This document shows, one piece after another, positions 60,851 through 64,000 of a stretch of DNA of 64,000 nucleotides (position 1 is its first letter; every line of letters starts with the position of its first letter). A program made the position numbers and the translations under genes. The notes beneath the pieces are model-generated. The model searched no databases. It saw nothing but the letters and a program-made list of their open reading frames with translations, and had not been told where the DNA came from. This DNA comes from Marsupella aquatica (taxonomy: Eukaryota; Plantae; Marchantiophyta). The DNA lies in the NCBI GenBank assembly GCA_973895155.1, contig OZ316897.1, forward strand, positions 4,791,976-4,855,975, given 5' to 3'.

Positions 60851-63607
60851 CATATCAGCGATTTATGCCCCCAAAGCAATGAGAAACCTTCTCAGTTTTA
60901 AAGACATAAGAGCGAATAACCTACATATTCACATAGATATTCAAGACTCACGAGAAGTTCTACAAATAGTATCTCACTCATTAAAAGGCAGACTTGTTAA
61001 AGAAACTTTACAGGCTTACCCTTTAGGATACTATGCAACTCGAACTCAATGCTACCATGTTCAGACTGAATCACAGAACCTCACAAAGATCTGGCATAGA
61101 CAATTGGGACATCCTGGAACAAGCATGTTCCACAGAATTGTCAATAATTCTAAAGGAGTATCAAAAGAAGTACATCCTAGAGCATTCAAAGGACCATGCC
61201 TTGCCTACTCACAGGGCAAGATGATTACTGCTCCCTCCAATTCTAAAATTGAAAATCACATACTTGCATTTCTTGAGACTTCATGCAGATGTTTGCGGAC
61301 CCATCGATCCTCGTGGTCCATTCCGCTATTTCCTGGTAGTCATAGATGCAAGCTCCAAGTGGTCAAGGGTTTCCCTATTATCAACCTAGAACCTCATTTT
61401 CTCAAGGATTCTGGCACACATTATAACCTAAGAGCTCAATTCCCAGAATATCCAATTCGAACCCTCAGGACTGATGGAGCTGGAGAGTTCACATCAAAAA
61501 CTTTGATGAATTTTGCCTCATCAACGGAATTGATTCACAATACAATGTACCTTATGTACATTTTCAGAATGGAATGGCCGAGTCACTTATTAAACGCATA
61601 CAGCTGATAGCCCGACCTTTATTAATGCAATCCTCTCTTCCAACAATTGCATGGGGACACGCAGTCCTACATGCTGCGTCTCTCCTTTTATATAGACCAT
61701 CAGCCTTCAACAACATTACACCTCATCAATTGGCATTTGGAATTTCTCCAGACATTTCACACTTGAGGATATTCGGATGTCAAGTCCTTGTACCCATCCT
61801 AGGTCCAAAATGGACAAAATTAGGACTTCAGAGAAGAAAAGGCATCTACGTGGGATTCGACTCTACATCGATCATCCGTTACATGGAACCTACCACTGCA
61901 GATATATTCAAAGCCCAATTTACCAATTGTCATTTTTATGAACCCATCTTTCCAACTCTAACATTACCAGAGGGAACACAAAAAACATTACCAAAAATAT
62001 TCACTTGGCAAGCTAGTCCTGAACTGTGTCCAGACCCACGCACAAAACAGGCTGAATTAGAAGTCAGAAGAATAATTCAACTCACAAAGATTATGGAAAC
62101 CATACCTGATTCATTCGCAGATACAACAAATGTTACTAAATCTCATATCCCAGCAGCGAATACCCCATCCCGGATTCAAATTGGAGCTCAGTTAGCTTCT
62201 GATCAACAACTAAAACCCAAGAGAGGACGCCCTCTAGGGGCTGTTGATAAACAACTCAGACAAAGGCGAAAACTACCAACATCATCTGAAATGAGACCTG
62301 AAACTCATACTCACATTTCAGAATCATATCACCCAGAGATAGCCATACATTATAATACCACTAGCCACATCTTAAATAGAACCAGAGTAATACCTGATGA
62401 TCAATTTGCTTTTCATATATCACAGGATATTACTAATTTACCTAACCTGAAATCTGTCAAAGAAGCACAAAACCAAACAGATTGGCCTAATTGGAAAATA
62501 GCCATGAACTCTGAGTTAGACTCTATGATCTCTAGAAAAGTATTTGGTCCTATAACCATTGCTTCTCCAGACCAACACAGACCAACACCTTACAGGGTAC
62601 AGAATCATATTTACCAAAAAGAGGAATTCCCAAGGAGTAATTGTGAGATATAAAGCTCGACTCGTTGCAAAGGGATATACTCAAATCTATGGCACAGATT
62701 ATGACCTAACATATTCACCAGTCATGGATGTAACTACCTACCGCTACTTGATAGCATTTGCAATCCAACACAAACTCTTAATGCATCAACTAGATGTGGT
62801 GACCACTTATCTCTACGGTCAACTTGACACTGTGATTTATATGGAAGCTCCACCATAGCTTATAGAACGTGTCAATTTCCATGCAAATTCAAATCATGAT
62901 TCAAATATGCATAGTAACAAACATGCAAATGAATTTGACTACTTAAATAAGTTGGTACTCCACAATACCTCTAAAGCAATTGCATTCCAGGGAACTCCTG
63001 GAAATAGAAAGACTCAATTTGCTATTCAAGTTCTTCGTTCACTGTACGGCCTAAAACAAAGTGGACGTACCTGGTACCAGCGTTTCAAAATAGAGATGAT
63101 ATCCATGGGATACAAAAATTCAGAGATTGCACCTTGTCTATTCATAAAGAATCAAGGACCTGAATTCATAATAATTGCTATTTATGTAGATGACCTCAAC
63201 TTGTTTGGTACAACCAAGATGATGCAAGAATCTTACTATACAAACGCTGCAACGCGTATTCAAAATGTGGGATTTAGGAAGAACTTCTTACTGCATTGGA
63301 CTTCAATTTGAACATTTATAGACGGACATTCTCTTGCATCAAGAGACTTACACAAAGAAGGTGTTAAAACATTTCCACATGGACTCGTTAAAACCTGAAG
63401 TCCCCCATGGATATACGTACCTTGGACATACAGAAAGATATGTTCAGGAAGAGAGAAGATTTCGAACCTTTACTAGGTTCAGATATGCCATACCTTTCGG
63501 CTATCGGTGCTCTTATGTTTTTATCTAATCAAACTTGACCGGACATTGCATTTGCGGTCAACTTACTCGCAAGACACAGCGCACAGCCCACGATCAGACA
63601 CTGGAAT
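60851..63607 (+). pseudogene. pol: Bianca pol: protease end, integrase, RT (truncated)
   Basis: RNLLSFKDI, WHRQLGHPG, RTDGAGEF, AESLIKRIQ, SHIPAANTP, YKARLVAKG, SLYGLKQSGRTW, YVDDLN; ends at IRHWN. Confidence 0.93.
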
Positions 63608-63732
63608 ACTATGATTGGGTATACTAACTATAGTTAGAATCCATGGTTAACTCTAACCAGAGTTACCATATGTATATATTCTCTCCTTGGAATAGAAGAT
63701 CATATCATTGTTGGTGTATGTGGTTTGTAACA
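63608..63732 (+). repeat. Bianca 3' LTR lacking its first 12 bp
   Basis: Identical by eye to 22533-22657; followed by TSD gaatg. Confidence 0.93.
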
Positions 63733-64000
63733 GAATGAATTTTTTAATTAATTTCTTCATCTTGGGCAGGTGCGGGCAGGCTAAAGGGCATCTTGGACAA
63801 ATGTTTATTTTAGATGGGGTATATGGATATATCTAACGGTGTTAAAAAACCAATGTTTCGATGAAAGGTCAAAATTGGTTTCAAAATTGAAAGTGTTTAT
63901 CTGGCGTGCTCTTGCTTTGAGACTCTTCACTGGTTCCCGTGCTCTTCGTATTGGGAAATCGGATAAAAGATGTGGTTTTTGCCCAGGTTTTGTTGAGACC

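Larger units (their letters stand above)
22521..63732 (+). mobile_element. Ty1/copia retrotransposon, Bianca-type; host of MULE and Tork-like insertions; deleted from RT C-terminus through the start of the 3' LTR
   Basis: LTRs 22521-22657 and 63608-63732. TSD GAATG (22516-22520 / 63733-63737). PBS cgttatcagcacg. gag-PR-INT-RT order. Confidence 0.92.

Overview
Eukaryotic, intron-containing DNA, probably from a non-seed land plant (inferred from the transposon families), made almost entirely of two nests of transposons. Most junctions resolve to the base from TSDs and restored host reading frames. Nest 1: a Ty3/gypsy element (1522-21827) inserted in a ~19-bp minisatellite. Its pol carries a C5-cytosine methyltransferase and an integrase with a PHD finger, and it has split direct repeats (A...B-gc-A-B) in place of normal LTRs. 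It is interrupted by a CACTA element (7288-17001) carrying a SET-domain exon and by a 1.49-kb GC-rich insertion. Nest 2: a Bianca-type copia (22521-63732) interrupted by a Mutator-like element (23544-53635) and by a Tork-like copia (54267-60845). The Mutator-like element is itself interrupted by an 18.3-kb Sola-like element (30616-48954). Both of these DNA transposons carry a large divergent cargo gene with a ParB-like domain and a degenerate beta-class N4C/N6A-methyltransferase-like domain. Each is also dotted, in introns and intergenic DNA, with its own palindrome (YAGCGC-N3-GCGCTR vs AACCATGGTT), suggesting a ParB/parS-like self-marking system. Most ORFs carry stops or frameshifts, and no host gene was recognised. 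All domain calls are by-eye motif recognition, not database searches.
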